DNA of 64,000 nt from an uncultured virus (IMG/VR IMGVR_UViG_3300034071_001420) (taxonomy: Duplodnaviria; Heunggongvirae; Uroviricota; Caudoviricetes). Where the stretch lies: IMG/VR virus record IMGVR_UViG_3300034071_001420; one strand, given 5' to 3'. Position numbers and translations under genes: made by a program. Shown here in pieces: positions 17,800 through 27,819 of this stretch (position 1 is its first letter; every line of letters begins with the position of its first letter). The notes beneath the pieces were generated by a model that did not search any database, had not been told where the DNA came from, and was given only the letters and a program-made list of their open reading frames with translations.

Positions 17800-17834
17800 A
17801 AAAAAGAATCCCCCCGCAAGGGGGTTTTTCTTTT
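17800..17834 (+). terminator. Intrinsic terminator, likely bidirectional
   Basis: CCCCC-cgcaa-GGGGG hairpin flanked by A- and T-runs. Confidence 0.75.
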
Positions 17835-17864
17835 GCCTAAATAATTGCTATAACGGAGAAGCAC

Positions 17865-18785
17865 ATGCCATCAAACACAGACCTAGCAGATGTGAATGAA
17901 ATTTATGTTGGTTATTTACTGGCAGGTAGTAAATGGTGGGATGCCGAAGCAAAAAATCAATTCAATCGCAAATCCAAGGTGATTGGTGCGTCACGAACTG
18001 CTATTCAAATTGAACGGGCAGAACGAATGGTTGAAGAGTTTTTGATATGGGCAAAAGCACACAAATACTCTGGAAAAGTAAAAAAGGTGTGGTGGACTGC
18101 ACGACCGGGTGTGCTGTCTCGTGCGGTTGGACGAGAAGTAGACTCACGCAAGAATCCCACAGACATTCTTATACAATTCACCAGAGGGCCAGTTGACGGA
18201 TTCTTGGGTCTGTCCGCAAAATCCACATCAGGTGGGGGTGATATTGGTTTCAAGAATCCGGGTATTGGAACCGTGGAAGCCGCACTTGAAGTGGATTTGA
18301 GCACTGTGCTCACAGAAGCAGTAACCACTGCTGTAAAAAAATTTAAACTACCAGAAAACTCAAAAGCACGAAAAGACGCTATTCGTAACAAACCCGGCGT
18401 ACAAAAACAAACACAAGAGATAGGATCACAAGTGCTTGCCAAGGTGCGAGACATCATGTACACCCGCTTGAACGAACTTGATAGTTTAAAGTTGCGTGAT
18501 TACATATTGAAAAATTGGTTGGATGCCAGTAATGATTTATACCCACCGTATGTTAAAGTCACGGGCATGGGCGACAAACCGGGAAAGATTACTGCCAAAG
18601 TAGACGACCCGCTCAAGAACAAAAAACTTGACGCAATTATGAAGGGTGAAATTTCAATAGAAAAAGTTGGAAACGAATCAATAGGTGTGAGTGCAAGTGG
18701 TAAAAAAATCCTGAAAATGAGAGCCAAGTTTGAATCTGAAAAATTAGCGTCCACCATTAAATTTTCGGGTGATCCGTGGAGTTGA
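17865..18785 (+). CDS. Putative PD-(D/E)xK restriction-endonuclease-like protein
   Basis: N-terminal ADVNE helix, then PTDILIQF...GLSAKS (PD...SxK variant). Confidence 0.55.
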   Translation: MPSNTDLADVNEIYVGYLLAGSKWWDAEAKNQFNRKSKVIGASRTAIQIERAERMVEEFLIWAKAHKYSGKVKKVWWTARPGVLSRAVGREVDSRKNPTDILIQFTRGPVDGFLGLSAKSTSGGGDIGFKNPGIGTVEAALEVDLSTVLTEAVTTAVKKFKLPENSKARKDAIRNKPGVQKQTQEIGSQVLAKVRDIMYTRLNELDSLKLRDYILKNWLDASNDLYPPYVKVTGMGDKPGKITAKVDDPLKNKKLDAIMKGEISIEKVGNESIGVSASGKKILKMRAKFESEKLASTIKFSGDPWS

Positions 18786-18816
18786 AACCTGCTCTACATA
18801 TTCTAAAGGAAAACAC

Positions 18817-19587
18817 ATGAAAGACTATTTCCAATTTATCCGTAATCTACACGAGCGTCTAGGCATTTACGATAACCCTAATGCTTTTGACCCAGCGAGT
18901 GCTGATCCTGAATCTCCTCGTGCTCGTAAACTAACACACGAATTTGATCGCAGGATGCGTGCAGCAGGCACAAGCAAGGGGTACAAGCAAGCCCTGTCCG
19001 CAGCGTGGGCAGGAATTCGTGCCAAGCGTAAAGCAGCAGCACAAAAGCCGTCTCGTACTCCGTATCCGTGGGGCAACAAGACCAGCATTGCAGGCTGGTG
19101 GAATCCCAAACTGGAAAACTACACATTCTCGCACAGCAACGGCTACCATGTAACACAATTGGTAAGAAACCCGTCTCGTTTCGGTATTAGTCAGCAAGAA
19201 TTGTATGAAGGATTAAAAAAAGAGGGATACTACTATAATCAAAGGGGTTTGGGTTGGTACGACAAAAACGGAGACGAGCACATGTACACTGCTGAACGAG
19301 TCAAAGAGCGAATAGAAAAAGAGGACATGGATTTGGCTTACGAAGTCCAGCGTGTTGCGTACATAAAGGGTTGGCTCAAAGTGTACAGCGGTGGAGAAAA
19401 AACACCGTCTCTTGAAGGCATTGATCGCAGTTCCATTAAAGCCGCACTTCGTGAAATACTATCCGTGCGACCAGAAATAATAGATTTGGGCGGCAGCGTA
19501 GAAATCTTTGAAGTAGGCTTGGTACGAAACACACAGAAACTCCGCTGGCTGCGTGGCAAAGAAATACTAGATTACCTGAACTCGTAA
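18817..19587 (+). CDS. Hypothetical protein with capsid-targeting-like N-terminus
   Basis: MKDYFQFIRNLHE; CTACATA promoter and RBS AAGG. Confidence 0.65.
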   Translation: MKDYFQFIRNLHERLGIYDNPNAFDPASADPESPRARKLTHEFDRRMRAAGTSKGYKQALSAAWAGIRAKRKAAAQKPSRTPYPWGNKTSIAGWWNPKLENYTFSHSNGYHVTQLVRNPSRFGISQQELYEGLKKEGYYYNQRGLGWYDKNGDEHMYTAERVKERIEKEDMDLAYEVQRVAYIKGWLKVYSGGEKTPSLEGIDRSSIKAALREILSVRPEIIDLGGSVEIFEVGLVRNTQKLRWLRGKEILDYLNS

Positions 19588-20072
19588 TGCACCACGATTT
19601 CCGCTCATATCTGACTGAACTGTACGACAAGCCGTTTCGGGTTGTGAAAAAGGTGGAAGCCCCCGATCACGCTGCGTACCACTACACAGACGGTGACGAA
19701 GCCGATCCCAAAGCAGACTACTTGGTTATAAACTTTGGGTACATTCAGCCACAAGACGAAGGTTGGGACATGGATTTTACACGCGGTGGTTCTACTGCAC
19801 TCACAGGTGAAGGCAAGGCTACACAGGTGTTTGCAACAGTCATGGACGGGTTCAAACGATTTGTTAAACGCTACGCTCCAAAAACGGTTTCATTCACCGC
19901 AGCCAAATCAGAAGTAAACGCAAAAACATATTCGTACAGTTCAGGCTCGCGTGTAAAACTGTACAACTCGCTTATCAAGCGATACGCTGCACAAGCAGGA
20001 TACCGTCTTGAGTCAACAAAATCCTTGGGCATGGGGCGTGAACTGTTTGTGTTGGAGCGAATTGCCCAATGA
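19587..20072 (+). CDS. Conserved T4-like phage hypothetical protein
   Basis: MHHDFRSYLTE; VFATV..F...SRVKLY..L core. Confidence 0.65.
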   Translation: MHHDFRSYLTELYDKPFRVVKKVEAPDHAAYHYTDGDEADPKADYLVINFGYIQPQDEGWDMDFTRGGSTALTGEGKATQVFATVMDGFKRFVKRYAPKTVSFTAAKSEVNAKTYSYSSGSRVKLYNSLIKRYAAQAGYRLESTKSLGMGRELFVLERIAQ

Positions 20073-21019
20073 GCCGTCTACAGTTCAAATCGTATCTGAC
20101 CGAAGCGTTTACTCGCCCTGCACCGTGGCTAGAACTCACCAAGCCCACAATATGGGGTCGGGTTGGCAAGTACGAAGACTTGATGCACCACAGGTACTTT
20201 GCAGTTAGCCGCAACGAAGGCTTGGACACCGAGATTGGTGTTGACAAGGGAAACGCAGGCAGAAAATACCACAGCGGCTACGGTGTTCCTGTACAAAGCG
20301 GTGAGCAGATGGACAAGTGGGTACAGGAAAAGGTTTCGCCGCTTCTGATTCCCCAAGGCATGTTATACTTGCCCAGTATTCAAGCCCACATTTTCCGTGT
20401 GTCGTTTGGGCACGCATTTGTGTGGGGCGAGAACAAGGGCAGCGAAATTCGTCCACTCGTGACAGCAGACGGTAAACGGATATACGAATTGTCTTTTGCC
20501 CGTCTAGCGTTTCCTGTCCATTTGGACAAGATAAGCGGACACTACTACTGGTCAGACGAACACATTGCGGACTGGAACACTAGTAACGATTTTGTGGACA
20601 ACGATGTGGGCGACCTGAACCCACGCCAGTCCATCGGGGTGTTTGGCACGGTGATAGAGATTGCCAAAGCGTTTACCCGCCGACCTGATTTTGGTGGGCT
20701 ACTGTTTGGTCGCAAGCAGGACGCTAAATCGTCTCGTGGGCGCATCTACGGTGGGCTAGCCCAACGGGTGGGTGCGTCTATTGGGCTAAAGTCCTACGAA
20801 TTCCCACAGGGTGATCGCCATTTCAGCGATATGGGCGGGCCGAGCACAGACACGGTGCTGGTGGTGAAAAGCAAAAGTATTTACGACGAGTGTGTGGCTA
20901 TTGCAGACGAAGCGTCCCGAGCACAACGGGGCGTGGACTCTATGGTTGCAGGGCTACAAGCGTATGGTGCGTCGCTGAACAAGCCTAAATATAAACCCAT
21001 ACAACAAATCAAATATTAA
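20069..21019 (+). CDS. Hypothetical protein, distant paralogue of 19587-20072
   Basis: MSRLQFKSYLTE; VFGTV...F...SRGRIY..L core. Confidence 0.65.
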   Translation: MSRLQFKSYLTEAFTRPAPWLELTKPTIWGRVGKYEDLMHHRYFAVSRNEGLDTEIGVDKGNAGRKYHSGYGVPVQSGEQMDKWVQEKVSPLLIPQGMLYLPSIQAHIFRVSFGHAFVWGENKGSEIRPLVTADGKRIYELSFARLAFPVHLDKISGHYYWSDEHIADWNTSNDFVDNDVGDLNPRQSIGVFGTVIEIAKAFTRRPDFGGLLFGRKQDAKSSRGRIYGGLAQRVGASIGLKSYEFPQGDRHFSDMGGPSTDTVLVVKSKSIYDECVAIADEASRAQRGVDSMVAGLQAYGASLNKPKYKPIQQIKY

Positions 21020-21096
21020 ACTCCGTGGGTGACGCTACAGAAATGAATAAATAAGTAGACAAGGCAATTACTCCCCCCAATCGAAAGGACATTCCG

Positions 21097-21906
21097 ATGG
21101 CATTTACCGCAGGATCAGTAGAACTAGCACGAGCCAACAAACTAGGCAACATTCTCGCCCACCTTTTTACCTCTCACGGTGTAAGCGGTGCAATTGGTCG
21201 CACAGGCGCACAGATGATTGAAAAAATGGCGAGAAAACTGGGCTTTGGTATTACTGGTTTGACTACCGGTACTGGATTCCCTCCTTTTGGCACAATCTAT
21301 CCGGGATTGCTACCTAATACACCAGAATTTGCCACGGAGGCTGAACTACAGAATCCCCGTGGTAGCACTCTGCCAAATGGAAATATAATTGGAGCAAATG
21401 AAGGACAAACTGTTGGTATTTTCCTAAAGAAGTTTGTTCGTAGCGGCGCAGACCATAGGGCTGTCATGTATTCCGGCATTTCATTGGGTGGAACACTAAG
21501 TCCCGGTGCAACTGGTGCAACTGCTTGGGGAATAGTTGGTGGGGTAACACTAGACACTGGAGACAGAATTAATTTCGGTGGGGCTTTCAGCAATAATGAT
21601 TTTGCGGTTGTTGGTAGTCCAAGAGGATTCACTTTGGCTTCGGCAGCAACACGACAAATTGCTTTTGCATCTCCGTGGGCTGGTGCTACAAAATCCCCAG
21701 GAACTCTTTTTACCGTTGAAACAATTGGAGTAAATGCTTTTACAGGTGTTGCTGGGCCTACAGGTGGTCAGCCTAACAATACTGCTGTAGTGGCAGGAGC
21801 AACTTTTGAAAACTTCGCAAGCGGAACACAAGTAAATGCAGGATTTACCGCAATGATTTATTTCAATGCTCCTGTTAGTGGTAGCGGTACTTGGAACATA
21901 AACTGA
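21097..21906 (+). CDS. Gly/Thr-rich putative virion protein
   Basis: ATAAATA promoter, RBS AAGG; GAT and GxT motifs. Confidence 0.6.
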   Translation: MAFTAGSVELARANKLGNILAHLFTSHGVSGAIGRTGAQMIEKMARKLGFGITGLTTGTGFPPFGTIYPGLLPNTPEFATEAELQNPRGSTLPNGNIIGANEGQTVGIFLKKFVRSGADHRAVMYSGISLGGTLSPGATGATAWGIVGGVTLDTGDRINFGGAFSNNDFAVVGSPRGFTLASAATRQIAFASPWAGATKSPGTLFTVETIGVNAFTGVAGPTGGQPNNTAVVAGATFENFASGTQVNAGFTAMIYFNAPVSGSGTWNIN

Positions 21907-21913
21907 GTGGTAT

Positions 21914-22405
21914 ATGGGTGATACCGAATTTGATTTCGGTTTCACAGCGGTTGATGAAGACGAGTTAAAGGTACTTGCCCCTTCACCACCGCAACCACCA
22001 CCGCAACCGGCGGTGTCAAGTGCTGCCATTTCGGCTATACAGGCTAGACTTGCAGAAATAGACGCTAAACTTGTGGCTTTCAAGCCAGCGTCTCCTGCAC
22101 AACTAACCCGTGTGGAAGAAAAGATTGATCGTGTACTAAACATGGAGTTGGGGGAACTCAGTGCTTCAGTACACGCTCAAGGCGAAAACTTGAGTGCAGT
22201 TTTGGATGAGGTTGAAGAACGATCTAATGCTATGCGTGAGGACTGCAAAACCAAACTGTTGGAGTTGGAAGCCATGATACTTCCTCTACTAACTAATTTG
22301 ATGAAGAACCCACAGAAAGAGTACATTCACTGGCCCAACCGTTCGGAAAAACTACAGACTCAAATTGACAGGATCACCAAACTGACACGCAGTTACGGAG
22401 CATGA
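21914..22405 (+). CDS. Conserved T4-like phage coiled-coil protein
   Basis: FDFGFTAVDEDEL and ILPLLTNL.KNP.KEYI.WPNR motifs recalled from T4-like phages. Confidence 0.7.
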   Translation: MGDTEFDFGFTAVDEDELKVLAPSPPQPPPQPAVSSAAISAIQARLAEIDAKLVAFKPASPAQLTRVEEKIDRVLNMELGELSASVHAQGENLSAVLDEVEERSNAMREDCKTKLLELEAMILPLLTNLMKNPQKEYIHWPNRSEKLQTQIDRITKLTRSYGA

Positions 22406-22406
22406 T

Positions 22407-24266
22407 ATGAGCGACCAATACAAGAGTCTACGCACAGTAATCCTTGAACTTCAAGCAGCACCCGTAAAAACAGGGCACAAAGAGCGAGAAGTGTGGAAGA
22501 CCGCTAGTGGTCACTACGGTGCAAAGAATCCATCTGGAACCGTGGACTACTTTGATGACGAGCAAAAAGCAAAGGTGTACTCAAAAGGACAGGGACGCGG
22601 TGGCAGCGTGGATCACGGCACAGTTGACTCTTCTCGGGAAGTGTCACTAGATCAAGACGGGTACGCAAAAGACAAGACTGTGGATCAAAAGCAAAAACCA
22701 CAGGCACAGGCTGCTGAAGCACCTGCTCCCGCTGCTGCATCTCAAGCCAAACCACAAGCAGCACCACAACAAGGCAAGCCCGCAGATCAGCCCACCAAAA
22801 CCGCTAAAGATCAACCACAGCCTGAAGAAGAGCATCCTGATGTAGCCGCAGAAGACCCACAAACAGTTTTTGATGCAGCGTTTCGTGAAGACCCTGTGGG
22901 CAGCGGAAAACTAAAACCTGATATTCGCAAGGCTAATGTGGTAGCCAATGCTATCAAAACCGAAACCTTTGCTGGCCCACGAGACGACAGCGAATCCGTA
23001 TTCGGTGACGCAAACGCAGAAAAACAATTCACCGATGAAATGAACCACGCAGCACTTGCTGCTCTGCGTGGGCAAAAAGTGATTGACTTTGAGTTGTGTG
23101 ACAAGATGTTTTCTCAAGTTGGTTTCTGCTACGACCGCAAGGGTGAAAAGACCACAAAGGGTATTGTGCGTAAAGAGATGCCGCAATTCTCTTCACAGGT
23201 TGATCCCAAGAAGCCTGATTCGCCTGCATTCAAGGCTCTCATGGCAGGCAAGGGATACACTAGTCCTGAACAAGTAACTCCCGAAGACTTGAAACTAGAA
23301 GTCAACATGGAGAAGGCGTATCAGGAAGCACTCAAAGACGCAGGCTACGAGATCAACGATCAGGAAGTGGATGCCACTTCACTCAAGCCTATTCAGGGTG
23401 AACTACTAGGCTCCAAAGTTGCAGCCATGTACGGCACACTCGTAGCCGCACAGCAAGACCCACAAAACTACGGCAAGGCTGCTGCTCGCCTGCTTGAACC
23501 CATCTATGTAAGCGACGGCTATGTGATTGACGGGCATCACCGTTGGGCAGCACAATGTGCAGTAGATATTGCAAACGGTCAAGGCACAAATGCCAAGATG
23601 AGAACCCGAACCATTACCAAGGGTGGCAAGGCAGTACCTATTGATGAAATTATCCAGTTCTCAAACAAGTTCCAACAGGATGCAGGACTAATGAGCCAAA
23701 GCCGCTCGGGTGCAACTGTGGGTGAGAAGCCAAAGGAAGAAAAGAAGGAGAAGCCCATGAAAGAAGGATTCGTAGACCCCCGTTCGTCTCGTGAGCGTTT
23801 GGTTGAGTCGCTGCTTGAAGCCGTAAAGGTAAAGCGTGATCGCAACCCACAACTAGGAACCATTGGCTACGGTGTAGACACCGATGACCCTGCACGATTC
23901 GTGGGATCAAACAAACCACTCAAGACTCGCAAGACTGATGCAATGGGCAACCTGCTTCCCAAGCCAAGCGCAAAGGGGTGGAAGGCAAGCGCAGCAGCCA
24001 CAGGTAATGCCATTGAGATGGCACAGCAACTCATTGCCACCATGAACATCAAGCCCGCAGGCACAAAGTTTGAAGTGTACGGAGAGAAAAACGGTAAGCC
24101 GTATACACTCAAGGTCAAGAAGATCAAGAAGATGGGCATAGATACTTACGAGACTGCTGGTAGCCGAGAGGTTGAACTCAAAGCAGCAGGCACAGGGCTA
24201 CAGGTTCTAGACAAGCGTACCCGCAAAATTGTACTAGATCGTGGCAACGACATGTTGTGGGACTAA
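22407..24266 (+). CDS. Large protein with ParB/Srx-like domain
   Basis: LKPIQGE...PIYVSDGYVIDGHHRWAA. Confidence 0.65.
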   Translation: MSDQYKSLRTVILELQAAPVKTGHKEREVWKTASGHYGAKNPSGTVDYFDDEQKAKVYSKGQGRGGSVDHGTVDSSREVSLDQDGYAKDKTVDQKQKPQAQAAEAPAPAAASQAKPQAAPQQGKPADQPTKTAKDQPQPEEEHPDVAAEDPQTVFDAAFREDPVGSGKLKPDIRKANVVANAIKTETFAGPRDDSESVFGDANAEKQFTDEMNHAALAALRGQKVIDFELCDKMFSQVGFCYDRKGEKTTKGIVRKEMPQFSSQVDPKKPDSPAFKALMAGKGYTSPEQVTPEDLKLEVNMEKAYQEALKDAGYEINDQEVDATSLKPIQGELLGSKVAAMYGTLVAAQQDPQNYGKAAARLLEPIYVSDGYVIDGHHRWAAQCAVDIANGQGTNAKMRTRTITKGGKAVPIDEIIQFSNKFQQDAGLMSQSRSGATVGEKPKEEKKEKPMKEGFVDPRSSRERLVESLLEAVKVKRDRNPQLGTIGYGVDTDDPARFVGSNKPLKTRKTDAMGNLLPKPSAKGWKASAAATGNAIEMAQQLIATMNIKPAGTKFEVYGEKNGKPYTLKVKKIKKMGIDTYETAGSREVELKAAGTGLQVLDKRTRKIVLDRGNDMLWD

Positions 24267-24267
24267 A

Positions 24268-24813
24268 ATGAAAGACTTCAAGGACTTACGAGATCACGCA
24301 TTCAACTCACTTCAGAGATTATTCTTTGAAGAGTTTGATGCTGAACTCACCGAAAGCAAAATAGTTCTTGATATGCCTAATTTTGATCGTGAAGATGTGA
24401 TTGCGTATCTTGACGAAGAAGGCATTGAGTGGGAAGAAAAAGACGGCGTGATTGAGATTCTTGATCCTGTGGAGCAAGCAGATATTGATGTGGAAATTGA
24501 AGCCGAAGAAGACGAAGAGATTGAAGAATCGGTTGAAGTGCAAACCGAAATGATTAACGAGGCTGCTGCTCGTCGCAAGATCGTGGTTCGTAAAGGCAAG
24601 AAGCGAATCATTTTCAAGTGCGGACCGGGCATGATGAAAAAGGGCGCAAGAGTGTGTGTGCGACGACCGGGTTCTCAACTACGCAAACTCAAGATGCGCT
24701 CCAAGCGGTCTGCTCGCAAGGCTCGTTCCAAGCGTAATGTGGCTAGAAGACGGCGTAAAATTTCTATGCGTAAACGGCTCTCGTTCGGCTTGCGTCCACG
24801 CAAGCGCAAGTAA
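24268..24813 (+). CDS. gp68-like prohead core protein
   Basis: Acidic N-terminal half and very basic C-terminal half ending RRKISMRKRLSFGL, the architecture of T4 gp68. Confidence 0.55.
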   Translation: MKDFKDLRDHAFNSLQRLFFEEFDAELTESKIVLDMPNFDREDVIAYLDEEGIEWEEKDGVIEILDPVEQADIDVEIEAEEDEEIEESVEVQTEMINEAAARRKIVVRKGKKRIIFKCGPGMMKKGARVCVRRPGSQLRKLKMRSKRSARKARSKRNVARRRRKISMRKRLSFGLRPRKRK

Positions 24814-24830
24814 AAACAGGAAACTACACC

Positions 24831-25649
24831 ATGATTCAATGTGACAAGACACCCAACGGTGGTCGTATACAGGTTCGCAGCAACGATTCCCAAGCGGATA
24901 TTGGTTTCGTGCTTTCCGATCAAACTGAAACTCCGCTGACTCTATACATCAACGAAGAGTACGGCAGCGATCCACGCCTCACACTGGCAGTAATCGACAG
25001 TCTTGTGGAGCGTTACGCTTCTCCTGTTGTGTGGTTCCGTACAGGCAACGCAGAGTTGCGGTATCTGCCGTACATATCAAACACAGTCTACAGGCACTCC
25101 ACAGTTCACGAACAGTCGCTATTCACTCGCCCGTTCAACGACAGCAAAGCGTTTACACGAATCTATTCTCTTGCAGAAGCCATGAGCAATTACGCACTGG
25201 TTCGTTCTGTAAACGAAGAACTACAAATATTTGACAGATACGCTGTGCTGTCCAAGTTTAGGAAAGCGTTAAAACCACTGGAATTCATCACCATGAAAGA
25301 AGAGTGTGACTACAATATACAGACCGCGTGTGTGGACGCAACCCGTAACACCATTCAGCACGGCAAGGAGAACTTGGATGCCACAGGCTCGTACTCGGCG
25401 GCTTTTCAAAAAGTGCTACACGAATTGGAAGCGAAACAGGCGAGCGGCTCGTATTCGTTTGACGCAAAAACCGCGTATCTGCGTGAAGTCGTGGTTGGAG
25501 TGTGTCTACCAGCAATCGTCCTGTTTGGTAGCAGCAATCCATTCACACAGGCTGTGACCGAATCATTTATTCGTGGTGCTGCGGAGTACGCACGAATATC
25601 GGAAGAGTTGCTAGAAGGCTACGAAGCCGCACTCAAGTATTCAAACTAG
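24831..25649 (+). CDS. Hypothetical protein
   Basis: 272-aa ORF with RBS AGGA. Confidence 0.65.
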   Translation: MIQCDKTPNGGRIQVRSNDSQADIGFVLSDQTETPLTLYINEEYGSDPRLTLAVIDSLVERYASPVVWFRTGNAELRYLPYISNTVYRHSTVHEQSLFTRPFNDSKAFTRIYSLAEAMSNYALVRSVNEELQIFDRYAVLSKFRKALKPLEFITMKEECDYNIQTACVDATRNTIQHGKENLDATGSYSAAFQKVLHELEAKQASGSYSFDAKTAYLREVVVGVCLPAIVLFGSSNPFTQAVTESFIRGAAEYARISEELLEGYEAALKYSN

Positions 25650-25706
25650 ATACTTTGTTGAATATTTCATAAATTACACACCTAGATACTATTAGGAGAT
25701 TAAACT

Positions 25707-25874
25707 ATGCCAAACATGAGAGATATGCTGCTATGGATGCAACAGCAACAGAACAAGCCTGAATTCGCTGCTGCCAAGCGGTGGATGGAACGCAACCAAA
25801 CTCCACTTCCCCAACAGCCCAAGACTGAACCCGAAGTGGAAGCGGTTGATGAACAGCCATCTGAAGACGAATAA
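25707..25874 (+). CDS. Small hypothetical protein, 55 aa
   Basis: Below the track cutoff; CTAGATA promoter, RBS AGGAG; MPNMRDMLLWMQQQQNKPEF. Confidence 0.6.
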   Translation: MPNMRDMLLWMQQQQNKPEFAAAKRWMERNQTPLPQQPKTEPEVEAVDEQPSEDE

Positions 25875-25876
25875 GT

Positions 25877-26542
25877 ATGAAATCTTTTCGTCATGCTTTT
25901 GTGAATATTTCGGGGGATATAACAGCCGCAGAGGCAAACGGCTCTCGGCAGTACACAACACCCGATGGAGTTTTCCCGTCTGTGACTACTGTTACAGGAT
26001 GGGCAAAGCGAAAGTTCTTCGCAAAATGGCGACGAGAGAATCCCGAAGAGTCCAAACGAATCCTGTCTCGTGGCACTCGGGTTCATGCTCTTATAGAGGA
26101 CTATTTACAGAACCGTTTTGAGGCTTCGCTGCAAGAAGCCGCAGGCACGGAAGAGTTGGATATGTTCCACACCATGCAGCCGTATTTGGACTGCATTGAC
26201 AACATTCGTGCGGTTGAAGTACCCCTGTGGTCAAAGAAAATTGGATTGGCAGGACGCACCGACTGTATTGCAGAATACAACGGCAACCTGTCCGTGGTGG
26301 ACTTCAAGACTTCCAAGAATCCCAAGAGTGAAGACGCAATTGGTGATTATTTTACTCAAGGAGCCGCATACGCGCTCATGTGGCAAGACCTGACAGGGCA
26401 GCGAGTGGACAATATTACAATCATCATGGGTGTAGCCAGCACAGGCGAGTGCCAAGTGTTTGAAGCCCACACCCGCGATTGGGTGGAACCCCTCGTGGAC
26501 GCTATTGCACTATGGAAATCCGAACAGGTTTCTACGGTCTAA
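25877..26542 (+). CDS. PD-(D/E)xK exonuclease, T4-like cyanophage type
   Basis: PSVTTV, RGTRVH, AGRTDCIAEY, VVDFKTS, Q..AYA. Confidence 0.88.
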   Translation: MKSFRHAFVNISGDITAAEANGSRQYTTPDGVFPSVTTVTGWAKRKFFAKWRRENPEESKRILSRGTRVHALIEDYLQNRFEASLQEAAGTEELDMFHTMQPYLDCIDNIRAVEVPLWSKKIGLAGRTDCIAEYNGNLSVVDFKTSKNPKSEDAIGDYFTQGAAYALMWQDLTGQRVDNITIIMGVASTGECQVFEAHTRDWVEPLVDAIALWKSEQVSTV

Positions 26543-26559
26543 ATAATGGGGTGAAACCC

Positions 26560-27777
26560 ATGAATTCCTTTATTCCCTTTCTAGCCGAATCCCTGAAAAG
26601 CACAGGGGGCAAGAATGTACATTTAGAGCATCTTGAAGACGAAATCTTCAACAGCGGTTTTGCAGGCTTCTCAAAAGCAATGAACTCTCTGCGTGGTGTG
26701 GTGCAGTCTCTACACGGCAATGAAACCGTGCCATACGATATTTCAGTCAAGTGGGACGGTGCGCCTGCTGTCATCATGGGCATCAACCCCGAGAACGGCA
26801 AGTTTTTTGTGGGCACAAAGAGTGTGTTCAACAAGACACCCAAGATTAACTACACCGATGCAGACATTAATGCCAACCATCCTGCTGACGGGCTGAACGC
26901 CAAACTCAAACTGGCACTCAAGTATTTCAAGACACTCCGCATCAAAACCATTCTGCAAGGCGATCTGCTGTTTGACAGCGAGACACGCAAGACTGAAACC
27001 ATTGACGGCAAGCGGTACATTACATTCCAGCCCAACACCATCAAGTACGCGGTTGATCCGCAGTCCCATTTGGGCACACGAATCGGAGGAGCCAAGATTG
27101 GTATTGTGTTCCACACCGAATACGGTGGTGACAGCATGGCTGATCTGCGTGTTGTGCGGTTCAACCCTTCACTTGAAGGACTAGCCAAAAGCAAAACCGT
27201 ATGGTACGACAACGCCACCTACCGATTCTCTCGTGGTGACGGCTTGTTTACCACCAAAGATATTGCACACATCAATACCCAAATAGACGATATTATTCGT
27301 GAGGGTATTGGGTTGCGAGCAGTAATGAACGGGCTAGCCAAAAACACAGCAGTTGTAGCCGAGATCAAGATGTATTTCAACAGCATTATCCGTAGCGGCC
27401 GCGAACTAGGCGATACCAATGAACTGCTAACATTCCTGTCTGCTAAAGTGGATGCCAAGCGTAAAGAACGAAAAACCAAAGTTCCTGCCAAAACACCAAC
27501 CCCAACACTGGATTATGTGCGTAACAACCGCAACCAAATCAATCGGCTGTTCACGCTACATAATCGTGTAGCACAGATCAAGAAGTATGTGCTAGGCAAA
27601 TTGGGAACCCTGTCCACAGAGTTTGGAACATTTGTGCAGAAGGGTGACAAGTATGTGGCAACAGTTCCCGAAGGGTTTGTTGCAATAGATCGTTTGAGTA
27701 ACGATGCGGTGAAATTAGTTGATCGCATTGAGTTTTCAAAGGCTAACTTCACGATTTCCAAATCGTGGAAACAGTAA
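26560..27777 (+). CDS. RNA-ligase-like covalent nucleotidyltransferase (recalled as DUF6267 family)
   Basis: KNVHLEHLED; motif I KWDG, QGDLLF, EGFV, VKLVDR; N-terminus MNSFIPFLAE. Confidence 0.7.
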   Translation: MNSFIPFLAESLKSTGGKNVHLEHLEDEIFNSGFAGFSKAMNSLRGVVQSLHGNETVPYDISVKWDGAPAVIMGINPENGKFFVGTKSVFNKTPKINYTDADINANHPADGLNAKLKLALKYFKTLRIKTILQGDLLFDSETRKTETIDGKRYITFQPNTIKYAVDPQSHLGTRIGGAKIGIVFHTEYGGDSMADLRVVRFNPSLEGLAKSKTVWYDNATYRFSRGDGLFTTKDIAHINTQIDDIIREGIGLRAVMNGLAKNTAVVAEIKMYFNSIIRSGRELGDTNELLTFLSAKVDAKRKERKTKVPAKTPTPTLDYVRNNRNQINRLFTLHNRVAQIKKYVLGKLGTLSTEFGTFVQKGDKYVATVPEGFVAIDRLSNDAVKLVDRIEFSKANFTISKSWKQ

Positions 27778-27819
27778 AGAGTTGGTGCACCGCAAGTGCA
27801 TTACGGGAGGTGATCTAAA

